Positions 1 to 8,053 of a stretch of 23,778 bases of DNA are shown one piece after another; position 1 is the stretch's first letter, and each line of letters starts with the position of its first letter. The notes beneath the pieces are model-generated. The model did not search any database. It saw only the letters and a program-made list of their open reading frames with translations, and was not told where the DNA came from. This DNA is from an uncultured Candidatus Saccharibacteria bacterium (GTDB lineage Bacteria; Patescibacteriota; Minisyncoccia; Phycocordibacterales; DATDWN01): positions 1 to 23,778 of the forward strand of contig CAYITW010000004.1 of NCBI GenBank assembly GCA_964366395.1. Reading direction: 5' to 3'. The position numbers and the translations under genes were made by a program.

Positions 1-638
1 GAAGAGGCTTCAGAAGTGTTCAGCGCATACAAAATTGGTTTCAACGTCAGCAAGTGCATCGTGGCTAAAATCTCTTTCTCAACTGGGTCTAGTTTTACCG
101 ATGAAGCAAGTTCACCTTCTTCAAGACTTTTTTGAACTTTTTCTAGGACACTACTTTCAAGAACTGCATTTTTATCTCCTCGTTTTACTTCCCTGACAAT
201 ATTCACTAGTCGTTTTGTAACAGTCTGCAAATCGGCCAAAATAAGTTCGTAGTTAATCACCCCGATATCAGAAAGTGGGTTTATTTCATTGTGAACATGG
301 ATAACATCTTTATCTTCAAAAACTCGCACAACCTCTAGAATTGCATCAACTTCTCGAATATTAGAAAGAAATTTATTTCCTAAACCCTCACCTTCAGAAG
401 CACCTTTGACAAGTCCAGCAATATCAACAAACTCCACCACGGCTGGAATAGTTTTAGCAGATTTACTTAAACGGCTCAGCTCGTTGAGCCGTTTATCTGG
501 CACAGGCACAATTCCCACAGATGGGTCGATAGTACAAAAAGGATAGTTCTCTGCTGGTACTGATTTTTTTGTCAGTGCATTAAAAAGTGTGGACTTCCCC
601 ACATTTGGCAGACCGACAATCCCGATTGATAAACTCAT
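1..638 (-). CDS. ychF: Ribosome-binding ATPase YchF (Obg-family GTPase), N-terminal ~212 aa; gene continues past window start
   Basis: Not in the ORF track because it is open at the window edge. Minus-strand translation from the ATG at 636-638 gives [55 protein letters not shown].... This has the P-loop GLPNVGKST and the YchF-typical NYPFCTIDP and [14 protein letters not shown] motifs. Confidence 0.85.
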   Translation of the reverse strand, partial: MSLSIGIVGLPNVGKSTLFNALTKKSVPAENYPFCTIDPSVGIVPVPDKRLNELSRLSKSAKTIPAVVEFVDIAGLVKGASEGEGLGNKFLSNIREVDAILEVVRVFEDKDVIHVHNEINPLSDIGVINYELILADLQTVTKRLVNIVREVKRGDKNAVLESSVLEKVQKSLEEGELASSVKLDPVEKEILATMHLLTLKPILYALNTSEAS

Positions 639-728
639 ATAAAATTTATATTAACATATTAAAGACGTTGATATGTAGTTTGGGATATTGTATTGTGTTG
701 AATAGTTGGTTCCTTTGGAAGAGGTGGT

Positions 729-1040
729 ATGCTAAAACAACCATATTGGAAAAAGCCTGTTAGAGTTCAAGATAGTGACTTTCTGATTGAAGTCTTGGTA
801 CCGGCAGTAGTTACGTGGGGTCTCCACAACTCCATAATTTGGCAGGATAGAGTTGGGGTTGGGTTTCGATTCAACACTCATTCAATGGTGGGATCTTGGC
901 ATAATGTAGATCCATTAACCAAGCGTACACCTTGCTTCAAACGTGTTGGCGAGGCACTTCCCGCAGATCAGGTTGATGCCCACAATCATAGCCGGAGTAT
1001 TAAAATTAAAAGGATATACGACAAACACAAAAGCGCCTGA
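729..1040 (+). CDS. hypothetical protein (103 aa), no recognisable domain
   Basis: ORF track. A GGAAGAGGTGG purine-rich ribosome-binding site lies just upstream of the ATG. The stop codon TGA sits inside the loop of a terminator hairpin. No family recognised. Divergent from ychF. Confidence 0.35.
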   Translation: MLKQPYWKKPVRVQDSDFLIEVLVPAVVTWGLHNSIIWQDRVGVGFRFNTHSMVGSWHNVDPLTKRTPCFKRVGEALPADQVDAHNHSRSIKIKRIYDKHKSA

Positions 1041-1056
1041 CCAGCGCTTTTTCTTT
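1029..1056. terminator. bidirectional rho-independent terminator (AAAAGCGC-ctgacca-GCGCTTTT + T-run, A-run upstream)
   Basis: Perfect 8-bp stem read directly from the sequence, flanked by an A-tract and a T-tract. It lies between the convergent ORF 729-1040 (+) and the response regulator (-). Confidence 0.6.
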
Positions 1057-1062
1057 GAAACT

Positions 1063-1455
1063 CTATTTTGTACTCTGAAGTATGTCTGTTATTTTTTTGA
1101 CAATTCCATCCAGACTTAAATCAGTTTTTATGATGTAGCCGTAAACATTGCTATCCATAGCTTTAGCGATATAGGTGGCCTCATCAAGAAGAGATAGAAC
1201 CATAACCTTTGCTTCTTTACCCCACTCGGTCTCTCTTAGTTGTTTTAGCATTTCAAGACCATCCATCACGGGCATAACCAAATCAAGTAGTATGATGTCG
1301 GGCTTAAACTCTAGCGCTTTCTTGAGTCCATCTTCTCCGTTAACTGCACCCATTGCATCAAAACCTGAAAGGTTGAACTTATCAACCAAAACACTGGTCA
1401 AATTATTATTATCATCAACAATAAGAACTTTCTTTTTGCTTTTTATTTTATCCAT
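1063..1455 (-). CDS. single-domain response regulator (CheY-like receiver domain only)
   Basis: ORF track. KVLIVDDN ... phospho-acceptor region PDIILLDLVMP ... conserved K in YIIK. 130 aa with no output domain. Starts 23 nt downstream of the histidine kinase stop (HK-RR operon). Confidence 0.85.
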   Translation of the reverse strand: MDKIKSKKKVLIVDDNNNLTSVLVDKFNLSGFDAMGAVNGEDGLKKALEFKPDIILLDLVMPVMDGLEMLKQLRETEWGKEAKVMVLSLLDEATYIAKAMDSNVYGYIIKTDLSLDGIVKKITDILQSTK

Positions 1456-1478
1456 ATTATTGTTATCTATTATATAGG

Positions 1479-2804
1479 TTAAAGTGTAATTGTAAAAGCA
1501 CTTCCTTTATTTTCCTGAGAAACAAAACTAATACTTCCGCCAATAGAGTCCATAACGGATTTTACTAAATACAAACCTAAGCCTGTACCTTGGCTATCAT
1601 TTAGTCCACGAACATTATCTGCCCTAAATAATTTAGTGAAAATCAAACCTTGCTGGGATTCGGGTATGCCCAAACCTGTATCTGAAACTGTGATTGTTTT
1701 TTCTCCACTTGATTCTTCAAAAGTGACAGCTATTGTACCTCCACTTGGAGTATATTTTAGAGCATTCGTTATCAAGTTTTGAATTACAATACGCAACAAC
1801 TTTGGGTCACTTTGTATGTTTTGAAACAACCCATTGTATTCTTTGACGATGTTGATTTGTTTTTTATTAATAAGAAAAGCGAGTTCACCAAAAATACTTT
1901 CAGTTAGTTCTTCTACGTTAGTCTGTTTCATATCTACAGTAAGAGAGCCCATCTCTATTCTTGAAACGTTAAGAAGAACGTCCACAAGGTCAATCATGTC
2001 TTCGTTGGCAGTATGCAACTTATCAACATACTCTTTATGTTTAGGGGAAAGCTCCCCGATATCTCCAGATGCCAACATCTCTGTGAGCCATTTTGTTGTG
2101 GCTAGTGGAGATCTTAGTTGATGTGAGGCCAGAGACACGAATTCTGTTTTCGCCTTGTCTAGTAGTTTCTGCTCTGTAATATCAAAAATCATAGCGAGTC
2201 CTGTGCTTGAAAAACTACCAGGATTTTTCATTTCAAAAATAGAGAGTTGAACAATGCGAGTCTCACCCTTTTTTGTAATCATTGAAACCTCCTTTCTGTT
2301 TATAGGCACATTTGACTTGTAGTAATCGAAAAGCCTCTCCGCCTGCTCCTTATCCTCTCCAGTTAAATATGAAAATAAATTTTTACCGACAATGTCTTCT
2401 GGGAGCACACTAAAAAAACGCAACGCAGCTTTGTTTGGACCACGAATCTCCGCATTTTTATCCAGCATGATGTAGGGCACTGGGGCACTATCATAAAGCC
2501 TTTTGAATTGTTCCTTTGAGAGTGCCAAATCCTTAGTTGCATTCCAAATTTCTAAATGGAACCGAGTATTGTTTGTAAGTAGTAAATAAATTACATATGA
2601 AATTAAAACAAAAATAACAGTAAGACCAATGAAAACCGTCACGAAATATATTTCAGCAGACTCCAAACCGCTTAAAAAATAATCTTGGGGATTAGAAATA
2701 AAATTTTTTATAAAATTTCTTGACAGAAAAAGGGTAGAAAGCAAGACAAGTAGAATGACGACAGAAGTTAGTAGATGTTTAAGATAATTTTTAACTGGAG
2801 ACAT
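1479..2804 (-). CDS. sensor histidine kinase: two N-terminal TM helices, PAS domain, HisKA (H-box SHQLRSPL), HATPase_c (G-box GTGLGLYLV)
   Basis: ORF track. ATG confirmed at 2802-2804. Hydrophobic N-terminus, PAS-like middle, canonical H-box and G1/G2 boxes. Confidence 0.9.
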   Translation of the reverse strand: MSPVKNYLKHLLTSVVILLVLLSTLFLSRNFIKNFISNPQDYFLSGLESAEIYFVTVFIGLTVIFVLISYVIYLLLTNNTRFHLEIWNATKDLALSKEQFKRLYDSAPVPYIMLDKNAEIRGPNKAALRFFSVLPEDIVGKNLFSYLTGEDKEQAERLFDYYKSNVPINRKEVSMITKKGETRIVQLSIFEMKNPGSFSSTGLAMIFDITEQKLLDKAKTEFVSLASHQLRSPLATTKWLTEMLASGDIGELSPKHKEYVDKLHTANEDMIDLVDVLLNVSRIEMGSLTVDMKQTNVEELTESIFGELAFLINKKQINIVKEYNGLFQNIQSDPKLLRIVIQNLITNALKYTPSGGTIAVTFEESSGEKTITVSDTGLGIPESQQGLIFTKLFRADNVRGLNDSQGTGLGLYLVKSVMDSIGGSISFVSQENKGSAFTITL

Positions 2805-2830
2805 TTATATAATGATAACTAAAATTAGAT

Positions 2831-2868
2831 AAAAGAAAAAGCTCAGTTGGATTTTACCCCAACCGAGC
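2831..2868 (-). terminator. rho-independent terminator of the MVP-homolog transcript (minus strand: GCTCGGTTGG-ggtaaaat-CCAACTGAGC followed by TTTTTCTTTT)
   Basis: 10-bp stem (9 Watson-Crick pairs plus one mismatch) with a T-tract on the minus strand. Sits between the MVP stop (2892) and the histidine kinase start (2804). Confidence 0.6.
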
Positions 2869-2891
2869 CTATGTCTATTTGTACAAAGTAA

Positions 2892-5459
2892 CTAGACTCT
2901 TGCTGCGCCCACGCCAACGCGTGCGCGAGAGCCGAGAGCCTTCATTGCATCTTCAAGAGGTGTTCCCTTGAAAAGCTGTCCGAGAATGTCAACTGTGCTG
3001 ACACCACTCAGTGCTGCCATTGGTCCAAGTGCTGTAGAGATTCTCTCCACCAATGCGTTGTCGGAGAGAGTGGTCAATGCAACAGAGAGCTTGTCGTCAA
3101 TCGCACCTGCGCGCTTGACGATGTCCTCAGTTTCAGCAAGCATCCGTTTGATCTCGAGCTCGATTTCAAGTCTCTTTGTTTCGAGCTTCTGATCATCAGC
3201 GATTTTCCTTCGAGCAACGTCAGCAAGGTTCAACTCGTCACGAGTTGCCCCTTCGGCAACTTGGTCAGCGAGTTTCCTGCTGGCAACTCGAGCCTCAGCT
3301 TCGATTCGAGCCAGATTGGTAGCGAGAGTGAACTCGATACCTTCTTTCTCGATTTCAGCCAAAGCTTCAGTTGTTTCTGCTGTCGCAGTTGCCTTGTTGC
3401 GCTTGATTTCCTCGGAGCGAACGGTTAGTGCGAGCTCACGTTCTTCCTTGGAAATACGAAGTGCACCTTGCAATGCTTCAGTTTGAGCACCGACAAGGAG
3501 TGCGGCGACTGTGCTGTTGTTGATCTTGACGTCCAAGACCTCAACATCATAGACGCGCATTCCATTTTCGACCATGGTACGACCCGCTCGCTTGCTCTTC
3601 TCATCCTGAATTCCGAGAACAGCATCACGAATGATGTCGATTGCCTTGGCGTAGAAAACTTCCACACCATGGTGTTTTGCGGTGTTGCGAATCAGTGACC
3701 GCAAATGGTCAACAAGGAACCTAACGTAGTTCTCAACTGCGAACCACCTCTCGGGTTCATCACCCTCGAAGTTGACTCGATATGAGAGATTGATGTCCAA
3801 CTGAACAAGATCAAGTGTTTCCACTTTGACAACATCCGAGACCTTGTTGTTCTTCACTCGCAGATACGCGGTGCCGAGCAATTTGTCATCGGTTTTCGGG
3901 GTACCAGTGGACAGTTCCATCGGCATCAGGTTTTCGTCGTACTGCAGAAGGATCGTTGCCGGTCCCTGCACAACTCGACGAGCACCTGACTTACTGACAA
4001 CCAGAACAGCGTAGCCCGTCCACACATCAATCGCCACAGCTCCCTCATACTTCGTATCGAGAGTTACTGTGCGTGGAGGTGTAAACGTAGTCCCGCGAGT
4101 GAATGATTCCGAAACAAGATGTTCCGGACCTCTGCCTCTCGAGGTGTATGCTGCCGCATTTCGCAACGAAGCTTCCGTCTGGAGATACTCTCCAGCAGGA
4201 AGATCTTTGCTTTGTGCAAGAAGTTCCTGATTGACCTGAAGTGCACGCTGGTTTCCTGGATACCAAAGACCAACGGTCTTTAGATCAAGAATCCGACGAA
4301 TGATTACTTCCTTGCGCGGATCCGGAAGAAGCATGGTTGGTCCATTGACCAAACGTACTTCACCCTTGTTCCGATCGAGGATATAACGCCCTTCACCTGC
4401 AGGCACAGCAACAGCATAGTGAATCGTCTGATCCCCATACTTGATGATGCTGTGTTCCTCACGTGGAAAGTAAATCGCCTGATCCTTCCCAGTGATGAAG
4501 AGTTCGTCACCCACCTTATGGTGTGTGGCTTCCTCTCCTTCGCCTTCAGTGTAGTCAGCGATGACCTTCACGTAGATTCCGCTGTTTTCGTTCAATTCGA
4601 TTGCGCGGAACTTTCGGTTGTCACCCTTGCTTACAAATGTTTCCGTTGGTGCGGGAAACACGACGTCTGGTCCTTGCACGTAGCGCTTGTTGCCGTCTTC
4701 GTTAAGAAGAATGCAGTACTCAAGTCGCTCGAGCGTAACCGCTTCGCGAACGTACGTTTCTCCTTTTTCCGTCTGTTCCGGAATAACTTCCACGCCGGTA
4801 GGCGGAATAAAGAAAGCGACTTCAGTTCCCTCGATCACCATGAGTTGCCCCATGGTAAATTCGGTGGGAGCTGACGTTTTTGTAAGCTTTGCTGCTGTCG
4901 CAGGTTGAGTCTGTACGACTTCTGGAAGTTTCTGCTCTCCACCCTCTCCACCTGGATCAGATTTCAAACCAGTTGGCTGTTGTGGTTTCAGAACCGCCTT
5001 GCCCCAGTTTGCCCGTGCTTCTTCGTCGTTGTAGACGCGAACCACGAGATACTGGTTTGAACGAAGATGGTGACCCTCAATCACTTTCGCCGTTTGTCCC
5101 GGCCAAAGTGGAAAATGAGTCGGTCCAGGAATGTTGATCCTGCGACCCATCTTTAGAGACACCATTACACTCGACGAACCTTCACGAGGGTGCTCTTCCT
5201 TGGTTGCATCCACTGGATTCGTCAGGACAAGATAGAACCCCTCAGGCGCATTTGGGTATGCCTGTATTGCTTCAGAAGCATCACACCTTTGAAAACGACG
5301 CGCTGATGGATCCCATTTGACCGGTTGGTCGGTATCCGACATGCTCGTTTTGTTTGGACCGACATTGACATTGATATGTCCCTTTGTCGTATCCAGCACA
5401 AACGCGAACTCACCTGGAGCGAGAACTAAGTCTCGACCCCTTCCCATGCTATCCGCCAT
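2892..5459 (-). CDS. Major Vault Protein (MVP) homolog, full-length architecture: N-terminal MVP/vault repeats, shoulder (SPFH-like) domain, long A/E/R-rich cap-helix, cap-ring tail
   Basis: ORF track; ATG at 5457-5459 with AAGGGAG 4-5 nt upstream. N-terminus LVLAPGEFAFVLDTTKGHINVNVGPNKT matches the eukaryotic MVP repeat-1 motif ([28 protein letters not shown]). A later repeat, RYILDRNKGEVRLVNGPTMLLPDPRKEV, matches [25 protein letters not shown]. The shoulder region FAVENYVRFLVDHLRSLIRNTAKHHGVEVFYAKAIDIIRDAVLG ... VYDVEVLDVKINN matches the MVP shoulder. A roughly 130-aa coiled coil follows. Eukaryotic MVP sequences are recalled from memory. Confidence 0.85.
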   Translation of the reverse strand: MADSMGRGRDLVLAPGEFAFVLDTTKGHINVNVGPNKTSMSDTDQPVKWDPSARRFQRCDASEAIQAYPNAPEGFYLVLTNPVDATKEEHPREGSSSVMVSLKMGRRINIPGPTHFPLWPGQTAKVIEGHHLRSNQYLVVRVYNDEEARANWGKAVLKPQQPTGLKSDPGGEGGEQKLPEVVQTQPATAAKLTKTSAPTEFTMGQLMVIEGTEVAFFIPPTGVEVIPEQTEKGETYVREAVTLERLEYCILLNEDGNKRYVQGPDVVFPAPTETFVSKGDNRKFRAIELNENSGIYVKVIADYTEGEGEEATHHKVGDELFITGKDQAIYFPREEHSIIKYGDQTIHYAVAVPAGEGRYILDRNKGEVRLVNGPTMLLPDPRKEVIIRRILDLKTVGLWYPGNQRALQVNQELLAQSKDLPAGEYLQTEASLRNAAAYTSRGRGPEHLVSESFTRGTTFTPPRTVTLDTKYEGAVAIDVWTGYAVLVVSKSGARRVVQGPATILLQYDENLMPMELSTGTPKTDDKLLGTAYLRVKNNKVSDVVKVETLDLVQLDINLSYRVNFEGDEPERWFAVENYVRFLVDHLRSLIRNTAKHHGVEVFYAKAIDIIRDAVLGIQDEKSKRAGRTMVENGMRVYDVEVLDVKINNSTVAALLVGAQTEALQGALRISKEERELALTVRSEEIKRNKATATAETTEALAEIEKEGIEFTLATNLARIEAEARVASRKLADQVAEGATRDELNLADVARRKIADDQKLETKRLEIELEIKRMLAETEDIVKRAGAIDDKLSVALTTLSDNALVERISTALGPMAALSGVSTVDILGQLFKGTPLEDAMKALGSRARVGVGAARV

Positions 5460-5539
5460 TGATACTCCCTTCTAGTTGACTTACTTTGTTTTGAAAGAAC
5501 ACTCCAAACCAGAGAACTTCTCGGGTTTGGACACCCAGA

Positions 5540-5567
5540 ATACTAATCATTCTTGTCCTTTTGTCAA
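5540..5567 (-). promoter_or_regulatory. sigma70-like promoter for the MVP homolog (minus strand TTGACA-16 nt-TAGTAT)
   Basis: Perfect -35 hexamer (plus-strand tgtcaa at 5562-5567) with 16-nt spacer and a 4/6 -10 hexamer (plus atacta at 5540-5545). About 80 nt upstream of the MVP ATG. Read by eye. Confidence 0.45.
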
Positions 5568-5601
5568 ATATTTATTTGGCTGAAATTTCACTCAAATTTG
5601 T

Positions 5602-5633
5602 ATAAAAAACACCGTCTGGTTTTACCCAGACGG
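5602..5633 (-). terminator. rho-independent terminator ending the NfeD-flotillin-CA-like operon (minus strand CCGTCTGG-gtaaaa-CCAGACGG + TGTTTTTTAT)
   Basis: Perfect 8-bp GC-rich stem immediately followed by a T-tract on the minus strand. Located 33 nt downstream of the 5666 stop codon. Confidence 0.7.
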
Positions 5634-5665
5634 CGCGTTGTGCCGAGAACTTTAGAGCCTAGGCC

Positions 5666-6319
5666 CTAAAGTTTTTCGAACACAACTGATGTACGATTGG
5701 AGTCAGCGAACTTCGCGAAGTATTGCTCAATCACAAGGTGACGAGGAAACACTCCGAGAAGATGTTGCGCGACTGAAGCAAGATCAAGCCGTTGCCTGTC
5801 CACCATATTCTTCACCGCTGTGAAGAAAAATGGTGCAGCCTTTTGCAACAACTTGTACTTTCCACAATCCTCATGGTTGATCAGGATCACCCGATCAATC
5901 GATGAGAACTGATTGACGTAGTTGACGGCACCTTCCGTGACATACCTCGTTTCTTTTGGAAAGAAGTTGCCAACGGTGAATGATGCTGCACCTCCACGAA
6001 TAACGAACGGAAGGTACTGACCTTCCTTTACGCCGATTTCCCTTTCGAGAAACTGACGAATCGGACCTTGAAAGCGAGGATCTCCACAGAAGATTGCCAG
6101 TACACGAGGTGTGGCAGTTGCGGTTGTTTGGTAGGCTTTCGGCCCCCTTACTTCCACAACAGGTTCTGTTCTTCGAATTGGAATCTCGTCTTTTTCGATA
6201 ACTCCAGCACTGGCATCATCTTGCTCAACCGCTTGAACCGTAGGTCTGGGTGGTTGAGATGCTGCACTACTTGCGCCTGGTCGTGATCTTTTTTGATCCA
6301 TTCTGTTTTTTCCTTTCAT
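5666..6319 (-). CDS. beta-carbonic-anhydrase-like protein (CxDxR ... HxxCG zinc-site motifs) with disordered Pro/Ala/Ser-rich N-terminal extension; start more likely the ATG at 6301 (AAAGGAAAA upstream) than 6319
   Basis: ORF track. Motifs FCGDPRF (Cys-x-Asp-x-Arg), FVIRGG (compare beta-CA FVxRNAGN) and VILINHEDCG (compare beta-CA hhhGHxxCG). The spacing between them is about 70 residues. Last gene of the flotillin operon. The assignment is by motif only. Confidence 0.5.
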   Translation of the reverse strand: MKGKNRMDQKRSRPGASSAASQPPRPTVQAVEQDDASAGVIEKDEIPIRRTEPVVEVRGPKAYQTTATATPRVLAIFCGDPRFQGPIRQFLEREIGVKEGQYLPFVIRGGAASFTVGNFFPKETRYVTEGAVNYVNQFSSIDRVILINHEDCGKYKLLQKAAPFFFTAVKNMVDRQRLDLASVAQHLLGVFPRHLVIEQYFAKFADSNRTSVVFEKL

Positions 6320-6352
6320 GAGGGAGGATGGATTTTACTCCACCCTCCCTCA
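6319..6352. promoter_or_regulatory. intercistronic perfect 9-bp GC-rich inverted repeat (TGAGGGAGG ... CCTCCCTCA, 16-nt loop) between flotillin stop and CA-like gene start
   Basis: Read directly from the sequence. On the minus strand the SD-like GAGGGAGGG arm pairs with a CCUCCCUCA arm that abuts the first in-frame ATG (6319). There is no U-tract, so it is not a terminator. Confidence 0.4.
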
Positions 6353-6367
6353 CAAAAATCGGAAATA

Positions 6368-8011
6368 CTACGAACTCGCCCTCTCAGAGACAGCGTGCCC
6401 CACTGACGGTTTGTCACCGTCTGGTCCCACTCCACTCAGCAAACCTTCAAATCCACTGAGGTCAATGCCCAAGGTCTTTGCGATACCCTGAACATCGATT
6501 CCTTTCGCTTTGAGTTGAGCCAGCGTCTGAAACACGGTGTCGGTCACAAGACCAGACATCTTGTTCATACCCTTACCATCCCCACCCACATCCACGATAC
6601 GGATGGAGTCAATGTTGGCAAGACCAGCTGCGATGGGTCCAAACATTGAACCCAAGAGCTTCGAACCAGCATCTCCGCTCTTTTCGAGAAGAGTGGGCAT
6701 GCGGTCGAGGATGAGGATGAGCTTTGCCGCTGGAGACATTGTCGCCATGGCATCGTTGAGTGCTCGGGTACCCTCTGCTCGCGCAACGAGAACTTCTCGT
6801 TCGCTTGCAGCTTGACCCTTCGCCTGAGCAACGAGGTTGAGCTCGGTAGCTTTCGAGCTACCTTCACCCTCGAGAACAGCCGCGTTCCTTCTGGCTTCAG
6901 CCGTCGTGCGGAGAACTTCCGCTTGAGCTTCGGCATCAAGAATCATCGTCTGCTTGCTAGCTTCGGCGCGCAGAATTGAAGTCGCCTTATCAGCTGTTGC
7001 CTGAGCAATAACTGTCGCTTGCAATTCTGCTGTTCGACGAACACCTTCCTTGGTGGCAACCTCAACTCGTGCCTGCGTTGACGCAGCATCTCGGGCTGCC
7101 TGTGCAACCTGAAGTGTTTGCTCCTGTGCAGCAGTCGCGATCTGACCAGCCATGTTGGCTTCGGCTTGAGCTGTCGATGTTTCCCTCAAGAAATCCGCCT
7201 TTTTCAGGTCCCGATTCTTGCCAGCCTCAGCAACTTTTGCATCGTTGTCTGCTTCGACAAGTGCTGCTGCTGTCCGAGCGTTGGAAACACTGATGTCCTG
7301 GTTGCGCTTTGCTTCGGCGGTTTTCGTTTCCGCTTCAGCTTTAGCGTCCGCAACGGCACGTTTGCCGAGCGCATCGATGTAACCTTCGGCGTCGATGATG
7401 TCTTGGATGACCAAGTTCATCAACTCGATACCAAAGCTCGCAAGTTCGGCAGCGGATTCCTCCACAACCTTCTTGTTGAACTCGTCACGATTTCGGAGAA
7501 GCTCATTGATGTCGAGCTTACCGATAATCGAACGAAGGTGGCCCTTGAGAATGTTCCGAACAAACTCTTCAATGGGATTCGAATCGGTATTTCCCTTTTT
7601 GGGACCGTTGTCCAGAACAAGTTTGTCGACGAGAGCCTCGATAGCTTTTCCGAGATTCTCAGGGTTGGTTGAAATCTTGCAAGTTGCCACTCCAGGCACA
7701 GACAACTTGACGTTGTCTTTGTTTGGAATGTCCTTTTCATTGATTTCAACCTGAAAGGCAGTCGTCGGGATTTCAAGGTAACCTTCCACCAGCGGACGCT
7801 GAATGCGTCCGCCACCGGACATGACCATGAAACCCTTTTGATGACCGTCTTTGTCTTTGTACTTCATGCCGTAGAAGATACCAACCCTTCCAGGAGGAAT
7901 CTTCTTGTAGCGTGAGACAGCGACCTTCAGACCGTAGAGAAACGAAAGGGCAACGACCAAGATGAGAATGGGGATTACCCATCCAACGATAGTGCTGACG
8001 ATTCCTTCCAT
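6368..8011 (-). CDS. flotillin-family SPFH/band-7 protein (YqiK/FloT-like): N-terminal TM anchor, SPFH domain, long Ala/Glu-rich coiled coil, C-terminal flotillin tail
   Basis: ORF track. The listed start at 8017 is GTG. The ATG at 8009-8011 has AAGGAGAG 9 nt upstream. Sequence runs from VGWVIPILILVVALSFLY (TM) through an SPFH core to the EA-repeat region AKAEAETKTAEAKRN... Classic NfeD-flotillin gene order. Confidence 0.85.
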   Translation of the reverse strand: MEGIVSTIVGWVIPILILVVALSFLYGLKVAVSRYKKIPPGRVGIFYGMKYKDKDGHQKGFMVMSGGGRIQRPLVEGYLEIPTTAFQVEINEKDIPNKDNVKLSVPGVATCKISTNPENLGKAIEALVDKLVLDNGPKKGNTDSNPIEEFVRNILKGHLRSIIGKLDINELLRNRDEFNKKVVEESAAELASFGIELMNLVIQDIIDAEGYIDALGKRAVADAKAEAETKTAEAKRNQDISVSNARTAAALVEADNDAKVAEAGKNRDLKKADFLRETSTAQAEANMAGQIATAAQEQTLQVAQAARDAASTQARVEVATKEGVRRTAELQATVIAQATADKATSILRAEASKQTMILDAEAQAEVLRTTAEARRNAAVLEGEGSSKATELNLVAQAKGQAASEREVLVARAEGTRALNDAMATMSPAAKLILILDRMPTLLEKSGDAGSKLLGSMFGPIAAGLANIDSIRIVDVGGDGKGMNKMSGLVTDTVFQTLAQLKAKGIDVQGIAKTLGIDLSGFEGLLSGVGPDGDKPSVGHAVSERASS

Positions 8012-8053
8012 GTGCACACTCTCCTTTTTTTCTGCTTCTTGTTTTAGTTTGAC

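Noticed and set aside
640-1060. Possible ncRNA instead of CDS 729-1040 (a GGGTTTCGATTCAAC T-loop-like segment and a GGATCT/AGATCC hairpin)
   Set aside because: The T-arm-like segment does not fold into a 5-bp stem with a 7-nt loop. No acceptor-stem or CCA context. A reasonable RBS and an intact ORF favour a small CDS, though still at low confidence.
3425-5137. Multiple + and - strand ORFs (60-151 aa) inside the MVP gene, e.g. 4419-4874 (+) of 151 aa
   Set aside because: They are antisense to or overlap a long, well-supported CDS with clear homology. They have no RBS and no recognisable domains. They are typical GC-rich spurious ORFs.
6537-7982. ORFs overlapping the flotillin gene on both strands (e.g. 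7118-7672 +, 7420-7815 -, 6565-6939 -)
   Set aside because: They are embedded in the flotillin coding region and have low-complexity Ser/Arg/Cys-rich translations typical of off-frame GC-rich sequence.
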